From Minisyncoccota bacterium (GTDB lineage Bacteria; Patescibacteriota; Minisyncoccia; Phycocordibacterales; UBA1006): 64,000 nt of DNA. The position numbers and the translations under genes were made by a program. The notes beneath the pieces were generated by a model. That model searched no databases and was not told the origin of the DNA. It worked only from the letters and a program-made list of their open reading frames with translations. The DNA is taken from assembly GCA_021209525.1 (NCBI GenBank), contig JAJOIF010000006.1, forward strand, positions 14,115 through 78,114, given 5' to 3'. The number at the start of each line of letters is the position of its first letter. Within the stretch, counting starts at the first letter, position 1. This document shows, piece by piece, positions 18,577 through 28,635 of this stretch.

Positions 18577-19125
18577 TTATTCAGTCTCGTCTTCTTTTTT
18601 GCGTGGACTTTTGTCTCGCTCAATGAGAAGATAAATACCTTTTGGGCTTTGTCTGAGATCTTCGACAATCTTATATGGTTCTGAAATAAAATCAAGTATC
18701 CGCTGCAAGCGTTCCTTTTGAAAGTCTTTGTCGGTGTATTTTGATCGTCCTCGCAAAAAGAGTTCAATTTTCACACGATTACCTTCTTGGAGCCACTTGG
18801 TTGCATTTTTTGCTTTGAGAGAAATATCATTTTCTCCCGTACCAATTTTGACTTGGAGGCTTTTGACTTCACCGCCGGTGCTTGTATTTGCTTTGATTTC
18901 TTTTTGTTTTTTCTTTTGATCGTATTGGAATTTTCCGTAGTCAATAATTTTTGCAACGGGTGGATTTGCATCCGGTGAAATTTCAATAAGGTCAAGACCG
19001 CGTTCTTGTGCGGCGGCGAGAGCGTCGCTCAGTGAGAGAACACCAAGGTTGCCTTCGTCGGAAATAACACGAAGTTCTCGTGCGCGAATACCTTCATTTA
19101 TTCTGATGTCTGTTTTCTTTGCCAA
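18577..19125 (-). CDS. infC: translation initiation factor IF-3
   Basis: IF3 N- and C-domains (INEGIRARELRVI..GLDLIEISPDANPPVAKIIDYGKFQY; conserved infC-rpmI-rplT order). Confidence 0.95.
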   Translation of the reverse strand: MAKKTDIRINEGIRARELRVISDEGNLGVLSLSDALAAAQERGLDLIEISPDANPPVAKIIDYGKFQYDQKKKQKEIKANTSTGGEVKSLQVKIGTGENDISLKAKNATKWLQEGNRVKIELFLRGRSKYTDKDFQKERLQRILDFISEPYKIVEDLRQSPKGIYLLIERDKSPRKKEDETE

Positions 19126-19777
19126 AGTATTGTTGTGTTTTTATGCTTAAAATCTTTAAAAACGTTATTGAGTATACTGATTTTCATTAAAAAAGCAAGT
19201 CGTTGGGTGCATATATGCTTATTATTTGCACCGCCAACCCAATCTGACCCCGTCTGACGATATTGATGGGGTAAGCGAGGCAGATTCGTATTTTCTGGAA
19301 ATAAGTGGTTTTTCTAAGCCTTTTTCTTTTTTAAGCAAAAAAGAAAAACAAAAGCTTCTCGAGGAACGCATTTTCTCTTAAAAATATTGCTCGTATTCTG
19401 TAATAGCAAGACTCGCTAGCGCTCAAACAGTTGCTATTACGACGAATACTCGCGTCATTTTTATATCTAAAATACGTGACCTCGAGGATGAAACATAGCG
19501 TCTATGTTTTTATGGTAAATACAAAATTTGTGTCTTGTATCTTGTTTTGCCTCGTCTGATGAGGCTTTGCTCGACTCGACACGCTCACTCCACTAAGCGG
19601 GGTTCAGCGTGTTGTAGCGAAGTGAAGGAGAGTATCTTGCTTGCCATGTTTGACGCGGTATCTTGTCATTTGCGCGCCTCTTATCATATTGCCAAGCTTG
19701 GCATATGAGGTACAAGGAAACGTGCGGGTGAGCCATGCACCTTGCATTTATGCCTCTTGCTGCGTAGGATAAGACAT

Positions 19778-20521
19778 ATGGAAATACGGCCTCTCATTAT
19801 CTACAAATATGCAGGAGAGACTCTAGCTCTCTTTTTAGAGAGGGTTCGACGTGAATTACCTCATCTTGCTCATGAAAAAATAACCTATGCAGGGCGACTT
19901 GATCCCATGGCAGAGGGGGTGATGATCTTGCTGGTGGGTGACGATGTCCATGCTAAAGAAGACTTTTTGGGTCTGGATAAGGTCTATCATATTGATGTGC
20001 TTTTAGGGGTTCAAACTGATACGGGTGATATTCTCGGCATTATTTCAGATCACCAAACAGTGACTGATGTTGATAGTGGAACCTTACCCGCACTTACTGC
20101 TCAATTAGAGGGCAAGCGTAGGCAAATATATCCCCTCTATTCATCGCGTACTGTGGGCGGCGTTCCTTTGTGGAAACATGCACGTGACGGAGTTGCTATA
20201 GATACACCACCAGATCATGCTATTGAAATTATGAGTATACAGCCAAGAGGAGTGCGCACCTGCGGGGGCGATGATTTGGTGCGCGCAGCTACACAGCGGA
20301 TTCGTCGTGTGAAAGGAGATTTTAGACAAGATGAATGTGCAGCAAGCTGGTCTCAGTATATACATTCTGAACATATGTATACGATTATTTCTTTTGAGGT
20401 ACATACATCAAGCGGTGCGTATATGCGTGTTCTTGCAGAAGAAATCGGAAAGCTCGTGCATGTGCCAGCATGCGCATGGCGGATCAAGCGCGTGCAGGTG
20501 GGGGAGTACAAGGGTATGTGA
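19778..20521 (+). CDS. truB: tRNA pseudouridine(55) synthase TruB-like
   Basis: Catalytic motif AGRLDPMAEGVMILLVG; ATG 19778 lies 7 nt after TAGGAT with TTGCAT 17 nt further upstream. Confidence 0.75.
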   Translation: MEIRPLIIYKYAGETLALFLERVRRELPHLAHEKITYAGRLDPMAEGVMILLVGDDVHAKEDFLGLDKVYHIDVLLGVQTDTGDILGIISDHQTVTDVDSGTLPALTAQLEGKRRQIYPLYSSRTVGGVPLWKHARDGVAIDTPPDHAIEIMSIQPRGVRTCGGDDLVRAATQRIRRVKGDFRQDECAASWSQYIHSEHMYTIISFEVHTSSGAYMRVLAEEIGKLVHVPACAWRIKRVQVGEYKGM

Positions 20522-20572
20522 AACATTACGAACGCTTGACAAATGATATAAAAAATGCTATTATATACATGT

Positions 20573-21820
20573 ATGAAAATAACATCATTCAACACATTTG
20601 TCACAACAAGCATCATTATGAGCACCGCATTTTTTGGGGTTATTGCACATGCTGCACAACCATCAGTAGTTACAGCGCCCGCTACAGAAATTAGCGAAAC
20701 GTCTGCAACATTGCATGCAATATATCATTCAGGAAATACCCAAGGTGTTTTAATTGATCCTCCTTCTGTATACTTTATTTACGGAACATCAATCAGTGAA
20801 TTGTATCAAGGAACACAACCTTTCCCAAAACCATTGATTAACCACCGTCACGTGCACACTATTGAAAATCTCGTGCCTGGTCAATCATATTTTTACCGCG
20901 CTGTGATGAATTACCAAGGAACAACTTCAATGGGAGACATCATGCGTTTTACAACACTTGCACCAGCGCCGGCTCCAGTTCCAGTAACGAATACGCCAGC
21001 ACCGGTTAATCCTCCGGCGAATACACCAACTACACCTTCTTCTGGTACTGGAACCACAAACACTAATACAAACACTCCGGCACCTGTAACAAATATTGTG
21101 AATGAGTCAATTACTGGCCAGACTGCTGACCCAGCGCCTGTAGCGACAAATACTGCACCAGCACAAACAACATCTACTGTATCTACTGCACCGGCACGAA
21201 ATACTGCATCTGCAGCAACAACAGCAACAACAGCAACAACAGCAATATCAGGTAATGGTGGGGTGACACTCAGTATTACTAATAACACAGACACACTCCG
21301 TGTGGGGGAAGTAGTCGAATACGTAGTGACTGTACGCAACACTGGTTCAACAGCTATTACAAACACTATTCTCTTTGTGGATATGCCGGCAGAATTGATC
21401 ATTGATCGTGTGTCTGGAAATAATGCAAATGTACAAAATAACAGCATTACAGTAAATCTAGGAACTATTGCACGTAATGATTCAGAAGTAATTCGTGTGG
21501 TAACTCGTGTAAATCAAGCGCCTCGCGGAAATAATCAAATCATCGCGCGCGCTCAAGTAGTCTCAAACAGAAGTACTGTGCAATCAACAAATTCTGCATT
21601 TGATACTGATACTTTGACTACTCAACAAGGATTCCTCGGACTCACTGCTTCTGCAGGAACCGCAGGTACATCACCATTTGGATTTCTTGGTTGGTTTATG
21701 ATCGGACTCTTTGCAATCTTGATTGTGGTAGGAGTACGCTACTATCGTAAAAAAGAAAAAGAACCGTATCAAGGAGAATACTATCAAGATGCAGATGGAC
21801 GCATTCGTATGAATGCATAA
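20573..21820 (+). CDS. cell-surface protein: signal peptide, FN3-like N-domain, Pro/Thr-rich linker, DUF11-like domain, C-terminal TM anchor
   Basis: Domain order read from sequence; tail LGWFMIGLFAILIVVGVRYYRKKEKE; paralogue of the next gene. Confidence 0.6.
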   Translation: MKITSFNTFVTTSIIMSTAFFGVIAHAAQPSVVTAPATEISETSATLHAIYHSGNTQGVLIDPPSVYFIYGTSISELYQGTQPFPKPLINHRHVHTIENLVPGQSYFYRAVMNYQGTTSMGDIMRFTTLAPAPAPVPVTNTPAPVNPPANTPTTPSSGTGTTNTNTNTPAPVTNIVNESITGQTADPAPVATNTAPAQTTSTVSTAPARNTASAATTATTATTAISGNGGVTLSITNNTDTLRVGEVVEYVVTVRNTGSTAITNTILFVDMPAELIIDRVSGNNANVQNNSITVNLGTIARNDSEVIRVVTRVNQAPRGNNQIIARAQVVSNRSTVQSTNSAFDTDTLTTQQGFLGLTASAGTAGTSPFGFLGWFMIGLFAILIVVGVRYYRKKEKEPYQGEYYQDADGRIRMNA

Positions 21821-21917
21821 TATGATATGCACTCATCAAAACCCTCGTCAGTATATGGCGAGGGTTTTGTGTATAAGGTATCTTTATTTTTTACAAATAT
21901 GATATGATAAGGGGTAT

Positions 21918-23024
21918 ATGATTTCCACATTTCGTCACACCGCCATATCATTTTTTATCGGAGTCGCTCTATGTGTACCTATGTTGGTATTGGGGCAAAC
22001 AACAGGTCCTCGTGCTATCACTGCGCCGGCTACAGACATTACACCAACCACTGCAACACTCAATGCTACCTATAGCTCTGGTGGTTTTTCAGATCTTGCA
22101 AACCCACCTCAAGTATTTTTCCATTTTGCAACAACATCAGCAGGGCTTAATGACCCTTCTGTGCGACGAGGTACACAACCCTTTGCAAAACCTTTTTCTG
22201 AGCACCGTATTGTTGAGCCTATTTCAGGACTTACTCCCGGGCAACGCTATTTCTTTCGCGCGGTGACACGCTATACAAATGAAAATAATCAGCAAATTGA
22301 AGTCTTTGGAGGAGAAGAATCTTTTATCGCAAGCGGAGGGCAAGCAATTACTGCTCCAACACCAGCGCCCGCTCCGACGCCGACGCCGAACCCTGCGCCA
22401 GCACCAACACCTGCTCCAACACCTGCTCCAACACCAGCGCCCGCTCCAACAAATCGTATTACCGCAACGAGTGAAGATATCTCTTTCATGATGAGCAATG
22501 GCATCGAGACTATTTCATTAGGTGAAGTTTTCGACTATGTTATATCGATCACGAATAATCGTACAACACCACTGACTGTCATGACACTGTATGTTGATTT
22601 GCCTACAGAAATGCAAATTATGCGTATTACAGGAGCTCAGGCAAATACCGAAGGGAATGAATCAAGTGTCTCAATGCAATTAGGATCACTGCAGCCAAAT
22701 GATACACGTATTATTCGCATATCAGCGCGCGTTCGCACTGTTCCTCGCGATGCAACACTTACAGCGCGTGCACAATTACTCTACACACGATCTAATCAAC
22801 AGTATATTGGGTCTGCATTTGATAGCGATATGTATGGTGGCGGTATTATGCAAACAGAGCGCACATCGCCGGTGCGCATGCTTGGATGGATCATTATTTT
22901 TGGATTCCTTATCTTACTCATTTTTATTATCTTGTACTATCGCAAGAAATCAAAAGAAAAAGCATATCCATCATTATATCAAGATCCCTCAGGGCGCATT
23001 ACCCTAGAAAGACGAGACGAATAA
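21918..23024 (+). CDS. cell-surface protein, tandem paralogue of 20573-21820 with a (PAPT)n linker
   Basis: Same architecture and same C-terminal tail (LGWIIIFGFLILLIFIILYYRKKSKEK ... YQDPSGRIT). Confidence 0.6.
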   Translation: MISTFRHTAISFFIGVALCVPMLVLGQTTGPRAITAPATDITPTTATLNATYSSGGFSDLANPPQVFFHFATTSAGLNDPSVRRGTQPFAKPFSEHRIVEPISGLTPGQRYFFRAVTRYTNENNQQIEVFGGEESFIASGGQAITAPTPAPAPTPTPNPAPAPTPAPTPAPTPAPAPTNRITATSEDISFMMSNGIETISLGEVFDYVISITNNRTTPLTVMTLYVDLPTEMQIMRITGAQANTEGNESSVSMQLGSLQPNDTRIIRISARVRTVPRDATLTARAQLLYTRSNQQYIGSAFDSDMYGGGIMQTERTSPVRMLGWIIIFGFLILLIFIILYYRKKSKEKAYPSLYQDPSGRITLERRDE

Positions 23025-23091
23025 GGTATATTACCTTGGCTCAAAACACCTCAGTATTGCTGAGGTGTTTTGATACAGGTGGTAAGGAGTA

Positions 23092-23349
23092 TTATAAGCA
23101 TGCTGAGCAATTATCGTCTGCAAGTATTTCAATAATTTTGTTTTGATTACGGTGTCCTTTGATGATACGGAGTCTTCCGCGCTCAATACCGAGGTGATTG
23201 CTCATATGTATACATACCGCTTCATTTGCTGCATTATCGCGCGCAGGCGCTTGCGTATACACCATAAAAGAATCAGGAGAACGCTCTACGATCTTGGTGT
23301 GTTTGAAGTCGGGGAATACTTTTATCTTGATATATTTCACTATTTGCAT
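23092..23349 (-). CDS. DUF167 (YggU family) protein
   Basis: YTQAPARDNAANEAV...IIKGHRNQNKIIEI matches the YggU core (APPvdGkAN...sGetSR.K). Confidence 0.55.
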   Translation of the reverse strand: MQIVKYIKIKVFPDFKHTKIVERSPDSFMVYTQAPARDNAANEAVCIHMSNHLGIERGRLRIIKGHRNQNKIIEILADDNCSACL

Positions 23350-23549
23350 TTTATCATTTTTCTGATACTATATCAGTACATTTCTCAGCAGGGAAATGTG
23401 CCTTAAAAACATTCCGATATTTATTCAGCGGTGGAGGTGAAAAGCGAATGCAAGCTTTTCACGGCTGTGACATATTACGAACGACAGTGAGTAATATGCA
23501 GACAGTTGCATATATGTTTCCATTGGTGAATATACTCGGAGAACACTAT

Positions 23550-23621
23550 TCCGGTGTAGCTCAGCGGTAGAGCAACTGGCTGTTAACCAGTGGGTCGCAG
23601 GTTCGAATCCTGCCGCCGGAG
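23550..23621 (+). tRNA. tRNA-Asn (anticodon GTT)
   Basis: Cloverleaf folded by hand: acceptor TCCGGTG/CGCCGGA, D-stem GCTC/GAGC, anticodon stem ACTGG/CCAGT with loop CTGTTAA, T-arm GCAGG-TTCGAAT-CCTGC. Confidence 0.9.
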
Positions 23622-23656
23622 CACCAAAAAAGCACCCGAGACAGTGCGCCCATACA

Positions 23657-23686
23657 AAAACTGCTTATTTTAATAAGCAGTTTTTT
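23657..23686 (+). terminator. rho-independent terminator (aaaactgcttatt ttaa taagcagtttttt)
   Basis: Perfect hairpin plus T-run after the tRNA. Confidence 0.8.
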
Positions 23687-23696
23687 AGATTTCTCA

Positions 23697-24128
23697 TTAC
23701 TCTATATGCACTCCTTCCGGCAACATATATCCTAATTCCTCGCGGGCAAAGGATGTGGTGTAGATGGATATATTGAATTTATCAATATGCATAATCATGA
23801 TTGGTTTAGGTCTTTCTCCAAGTATTACCCCGAACATGAGCCACTGTTTTTCTTTATATAGATTTACAAAAAATTCATCCATCCGCTCAAGTCCTCTCCG
23901 GATCTGTTTGTCCGCATTGTCGTGTTCAGCAATACACGTTTGCCTGCAATCAGAAGGCGAAAAAATTCCCACAAGACGCAATCTGATGCGTACACGAGAA
24001 TCAGGTGTTCTTTGTACGGTGCCAGTGCAATCCAGGTGTTCTATGAGTTGGTTTCTGAGTATAGCCCATTCAGCAGGAGTGCTTTCGAGTACTATCTCTT
24101 GAGTAATAGGTAGTTTTCCTTTTTTCAT
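23697..24128 (-). CDS. hypothetical protein
   Basis: No family recognised; adjacent to tRNA-Asn. Confidence 0.45.
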   Translation of the reverse strand: MKKGKLPITQEIVLESTPAEWAILRNQLIEHLDCTGTVQRTPDSRVRIRLRLVGIFSPSDCRQTCIAEHDNADKQIRRGLERMDEFFVNLYKEKQWLMFGVILGERPKPIMIMHIDKFNISIYTTSFAREELGYMLPEGVHIE

Positions 24129-24343
24129 AAAGTACTATTTTTTGTTTATGTGTATATTACATGCATTTATTAATTTGTCAATAGTCGTAATGCGTACACA
24201 CATATGGCAGATTGAGCAGAGTAACTAAATAGTTTTTACAATGAATATAAACACGCAACAAGAGAGTTGTTCTTAATAAAGCAAATATGAACAAAGAATG
24301 TCTAGTGTTTCTTTTTACAAAATAAGGTATATAATACGCATAT

Positions 24344-25240
24344 ATGAATTTTGAAGACACTATCCTCAATAAAATTGATCGGCAAAGATTTCAAAAAAAT
24401 ATCTTAGAAAATAGCGAAATGCGCAGTCGCTATTTGACGATGAAAAGAGAAAAAGTTGATGCCTTTAGACCTTCTATGGATGATTTTGTAGATACTATTC
24501 CCGGCGGCCAAGAAGAAATAGATCAAGATAAAAGAGAGGTCGCCTTACGCAAGCGTGAATTTGCTGCGGCATGTGAGGGCGATGTAGAGATGCAGGCAGT
24601 GCATGAAATTGCAGAGATCTACGAAGGTGTCCTTATTGATCAAATTGAAAAAAGTGAATGGTTTGGATCGCGCTGCACCATACAAGTGACCTCTGAATAT
24701 GATGATATCAAGCACGGTATTGATGGTGTGGGTATTTTTAAAAATGAAGATGCGGCCAGTGATTATATTGGTTTTGGAATCGATGTTACTTTTGCATCTG
24801 ATATCAAGATCCTTACTAAAAAACTAGAAAGCATTAAAGCTGTCGTGCGAGAAAAGAAATTACCTTTTGTTAAATATTTTACAGACGAAGACGATAATCA
24901 TATATCAATACAAGTACCTAAAGTTATTGTAGGTGCGCGTCTTGCTTCTGCTGAGCAGCTGATTCACTTGTGGGCATCCCAAGACAAAGACAAGAGAGAA
25001 AAACTCGCCACGCACCCTATGCAGTCAAAACTCATCATGGAGTCATTGTGGCAATTGAGGTACTTTTATGAATATGCAACACAGGTAGATAATGAAGAAG
25101 CCGCATATGCATATGGTAAATTGTACAATACCTTTTATGATATTTTTCTTGAAAAAGAAGAGCTCATCCATGAACATTGGGTAGATATTCAAGACGACAG
25201 TGTTTTTCAAGCTATCAAAGAATACACAGGAAATGCATAA
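24344..25240 (+). CDS. hypothetical protein
   Basis: No family recognised; acidic, no TM. Confidence 0.45.
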   Translation: MNFEDTILNKIDRQRFQKNILENSEMRSRYLTMKREKVDAFRPSMDDFVDTIPGGQEEIDQDKREVALRKREFAAACEGDVEMQAVHEIAEIYEGVLIDQIEKSEWFGSRCTIQVTSEYDDIKHGIDGVGIFKNEDAASDYIGFGIDVTFASDIKILTKKLESIKAVVREKKLPFVKYFTDEDDNHISIQVPKVIVGARLASAEQLIHLWASQDKDKREKLATHPMQSKLIMESLWQLRYFYEYATQVDNEEAAYAYGKLYNTFYDIFLEKEELIHEHWVDIQDDSVFQAIKEYTGNA

Positions 25241-25411
25241 TGGAAAATTATGAGCTTGTGAGATCCATCGTTTCTTGGAGATTCTTTAAGGGCATTGCTC
25301 TGCTATATATTGTTTTAATTGATCGCATTGTATTATATTTCTGTGTATAATGTATAAATAGTGTGTTATATTATATGAACCTATTATTATTTTATATGCA
25401 CAATTATACAT

Positions 25412-26977
25412 ATGTCTACATATCAATTTTATAAACTTATACATCATTTTTCATTTAAATTAGTAATACTATCTCTTACAATACTAACCATGTTTATGGT
25501 TGGAGTTCCGAACACTCAAGCAAATGGAGACATTGAAATTTCTACATGTGCTGAATTACAACTTATTGGTTCTGATCCTGTCGAGTACCCTCTGAGCGGT
25601 AATTATGTGCTCACTGCAGATATTGACTGCTCAGATTCTTCTTCATGGAATGGAGGTGCTGGTTTTATTCCTATTGGAAATGAGGCAAATAAATTTACGG
25701 GTACATTTGATGGTGCGGGTTTTATAATTCATCAGCTCACTATTGATCGTCCTGCAACTGATTTTGTGGGGCTATTTGGTTATGCGGATAATGGGGTAGA
25801 CATATTTCGCGTTTATCTTACCGAAAGTTTTGTGCGAGGAAGAACCAATGTAGGATCTATTGTTGGTCGATTGGGGGAAAATAACGGCGATGCCGAAGCA
25901 ATGCTTACACAATCATTTGCTGTAGGAACCGTTATTTCAACAAACAATACTGTAGGAGGATTAGTCGGTCTAGCTCACAATGGCCGCATAACGGATACAT
26001 TTTTTAGGGGGGCGGTAACTTCAAACTCTTGGGATGCAGGAGGTCTAACGGGGTATGTGGAGGCATCTATAATTCAAAATTCATATGTTGCCGCTACTGT
26101 TGTTTCTAGTACCGCAACTCCATATGGTATCGTAGGGTGGCTTGCTGGAGCGAGCACCATTGTATCTTCTTTTTGGGATTTTGATGTGAGCGGCGTTGCT
26201 TCTGGATCAAATGGAACGGGCGCAACAGGAAGGCGCACTACCGTAGAAATGAAGACACAATCAGTATTTGAAGATGCGGGATGGAATTTTGATACGCTTT
26301 GGGGTGTTGATCCAGATATCAATGATGGATATCCATTCTTTGGACAATCCGCTGTAGTCATTGAGCCAATAGAAGTAACAGCGCCTGTTGCGATGAACAT
26401 AACGACTACTTCTGCCGATCTAGAAGCAGAGATTACGTCTGGAGTTGTGCGTGAGTATGGATTTTTCTGGGGCCTCACGAGTCATGCTGATGAGAATGTG
26501 ATTGTTTCCGAAGAAACACTCTTTGAAGATATGAGTGCGTTGTATGAAAATACAAACGGTCAAACTGATGATGACCCTGTAGCGATTCCTTTTGTATATA
26601 TTACAGAAGCTCAAGATTTGACATGTAATACTACTTATTATGCGCGTGCAATTGTGCTTGATTCTCAAGGGGAGGGAGCTATCAATCAATATGCATTCAG
26701 TGAAGAAATTACTTTTACAACTTTGCCTTGTGTACCTCCTCAAAATGCGCCGCGACCAAGATCTTCTTCGGGGGGAATTCGTTTATCATCAGCGCAGCTT
26801 GCTGAAATGGGTGTAACCATCAATCCTCAGTCGACGTCAGAAGCTCCAGATCCTTCTTTGGATAGAACTACTCGTATTCTTGCTTTACTTACTACTCTTG
26901 AAAAAGACGATCAGGGCAAGATTACCCAAGCTGGATTTATTCAATTTATTATGGGACTTATATCTATACTTAGATAA
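25412..26977 (+). CDS. secreted GLUG-motif adhesin-like protein
   Basis: Signal peptide; N-terminal pattern (ISTCAELQLIG...YVLTADIDCS...GFIPIG...FTGTFDGAGFIIHQLTI) and repeated GGLVG/GGLTG units typical of GLUG-repeat proteins; KTQSVFEDAGWNFDTLWGV..YPFF segment. Confidence 0.5.
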   Translation: MSTYQFYKLIHHFSFKLVILSLTILTMFMVGVPNTQANGDIEISTCAELQLIGSDPVEYPLSGNYVLTADIDCSDSSSWNGGAGFIPIGNEANKFTGTFDGAGFIIHQLTIDRPATDFVGLFGYADNGVDIFRVYLTESFVRGRTNVGSIVGRLGENNGDAEAMLTQSFAVGTVISTNNTVGGLVGLAHNGRITDTFFRGAVTSNSWDAGGLTGYVEASIIQNSYVAATVVSSTATPYGIVGWLAGASTIVSSFWDFDVSGVASGSNGTGATGRRTTVEMKTQSVFEDAGWNFDTLWGVDPDINDGYPFFGQSAVVIEPIEVTAPVAMNITTTSADLEAEITSGVVREYGFFWGLTSHADENVIVSEETLFEDMSALYENTNGQTDDDPVAIPFVYITEAQDLTCNTTYYARAIVLDSQGEGAINQYAFSEEITFTTLPCVPPQNAPRPRSSSGGIRLSSAQLAEMGVTINPQSTSEAPDPSLDRTTRILALLTTLEKDDQGKITQAGFIQFIMGLISILR

Positions 26978-27245
26978 AAAAGAAGACACACAAAAACCAC
27001 TCATATGAGTGGTTTTTGTGTGTATGATCTATATATGATTTGCAAAGAGTATTTTTCTGTGATAGTATGTATATACAACTGAATATGATTATAAAGATGT
27101 AGCAAGAGTACTGGCTCTATGACCTACAGGCAACCCTCATTATGAGAAGGTGCCCCATCCAGCCAACACAGTAATGTGTATGGAAAGATAAGAATAGTCC
27201 TTCTGTCTTTCTCATTATTATGAGATTTTTTTTATTATATTTTCT

Positions 27246-28199
27246 ATGAAATATAGAACTGCTGAATGTGTTTCGCCTATGCATCCTGACAAAATATGTG
27301 ATCGCATAGCCGACGCGCTTCTTGACGCATATCTTGCTCAAGACCCAGAGAGTCGTATTGCTCTTGAGGTTATGGGTGGACACGGGTCCTTGATTATTAA
27401 TGGAGAGGTAACCTCTACTGCACAGGTCGATATTGAAAAAGTTGCTCGTACATATATCGATAAAGATACTACCATTATTTCGCATATTGTTCCTCAAAGC
27501 ACAGAAATTGCGCGTGGCGTAGATGATGGCGGGGCTGGAGATCAAGGTATTATGGTGGGGTACGCAACCGCAGAAACACCAGAGCTTTTGCCTTTAGAAT
27601 ATGTGCTTGCTCGTTCACTCTGTCAAGCGGTATACGAAGTGTATCCATATGACGGCAAAACACAAGTCACTATAATAGACGGACGAGTCGCTACGGTTGT
27701 GGTAAGTTTTCAAAATGCGCCTCATGATGCGCTCTATGCACTGGTACGCAATCATATAGACGCAGATGAGTATATTATTAATCCTGCAGGGGATTGGTCG
27801 CTCGGCGGTTTTGATGCGGACACAGGACTGTCGGGGCGCAAAATAGTTGTTGATCATTATGGGCCACATATTCCTGTCGGGGGAGGATCATTTTCGGGTA
27901 AGGATTACACTAAAGTAGATCGTTCTGGTGCTTATATGGCTCGTCGCATTGCATGCGATTTACTTGAACAGCACCACGCTCAAGAGGTGTACGTATACCT
28001 TGTATATGCTATAGGCAAAAAAGATCCGATTATGGCTCGCGCAATAATAGATGGTACAGAGTGTGCTATTACTGGATATCATCTTGCTCCACGAGACATT
28101 GCTCAATCGCTTTCATTAAAAACATGTTCTTTTTTAGAGACGGCTTCCTGGGGACATTTTGGAAGAGGTTTTCAGTGGGATGCTCCGCAACATTCATAA
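27246..28199 (+). CDS. metK: S-adenosylmethionine synthetase (unusually short, 317 aa)
   Basis: MetK motifs HPDKICDRIADALLDAY, GAGDQGIMVGYA, GGGSFSGKDYTKVDRSGAYMARRIA. Confidence 0.85.
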   Translation: MKYRTAECVSPMHPDKICDRIADALLDAYLAQDPESRIALEVMGGHGSLIINGEVTSTAQVDIEKVARTYIDKDTTIISHIVPQSTEIARGVDDGGAGDQGIMVGYATAETPELLPLEYVLARSLCQAVYEVYPYDGKTQVTIIDGRVATVVVSFQNAPHDALYALVRNHIDADEYIINPAGDWSLGGFDADTGLSGRKIVVDHYGPHIPVGGGSFSGKDYTKVDRSGAYMARRIACDLLEQHHAQEVYVYLVYAIGKKDPIMARAIIDGTECAITGYHLAPRDIAQSLSLKTCSFLETASWGHFGRGFQWDAPQHS

Positions 28200-28232
28200 A
28201 TTATTACTATAACGTCACATAACTTTTCTCTT

Positions 28233-28580
28233 ATGAAATATACTATACACACACCTCAAGATATTACCCGTTATTTTACCGTGGCCGATCATCGTTTGCC
28301 ACATGAAGTATTCTTGTCATTTTCAGCTCAAGCCCAAGCAGAAAATCTGTCTTTGGATGAGGTTATTGATAGGGCCTATATGCGCGGCGAACTCAAAGAG
28401 CGTGATCCGTATGATTATCGTAACTTTGAAACCACTGGTTCATTTTATAATGGCATCGACAGCAGATGTTCTCTGGTGATGATGCATGCAATTACCACAT
28501 TACAACAAACAAAAAATTATTCATTCCAAGAGGCGTACCGCAAATTATTGATCGGCGGCGCAATAATACCTATTGTATAA
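28233..28580 (+). CDS. hypothetical protein
   Basis: ORF with downstream terminator; no family recognised. Confidence 0.45.
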   Translation: MKYTIHTPQDITRYFTVADHRLPHEVFLSFSAQAQAENLSLDEVIDRAYMRGELKERDPYDYRNFETTGSFYNGIDSRCSLVMMHAITTLQQTKNYSFQEAYRKLLIGGAIIPIV

Positions 28581-28595
28581 AATTGCCTCTTTATA

Positions 28596-28622
28596 AAAAG
28601 CCTCGCATAGCGAGGCTTTTTG
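28596..28622. terminator. bidirectional terminator (aaaaagcctcgcatagcgaggcttttt)
   Basis: Hairpin flanked by A-run and T-run between convergent genes. Confidence 0.8.
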
Positions 28623-28635
28623 TTGGAGGCATTTT

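Noticed and set aside
20911-21447. Minus-strand ORFs (20911-21447, 22289-22504) with Gly/Ala/Val-rich low-complexity translations
   Set aside because: They are antisense read-throughs of the Pro/Thr/Ala-rich stalk repeats in the two surface-protein genes, not genes.
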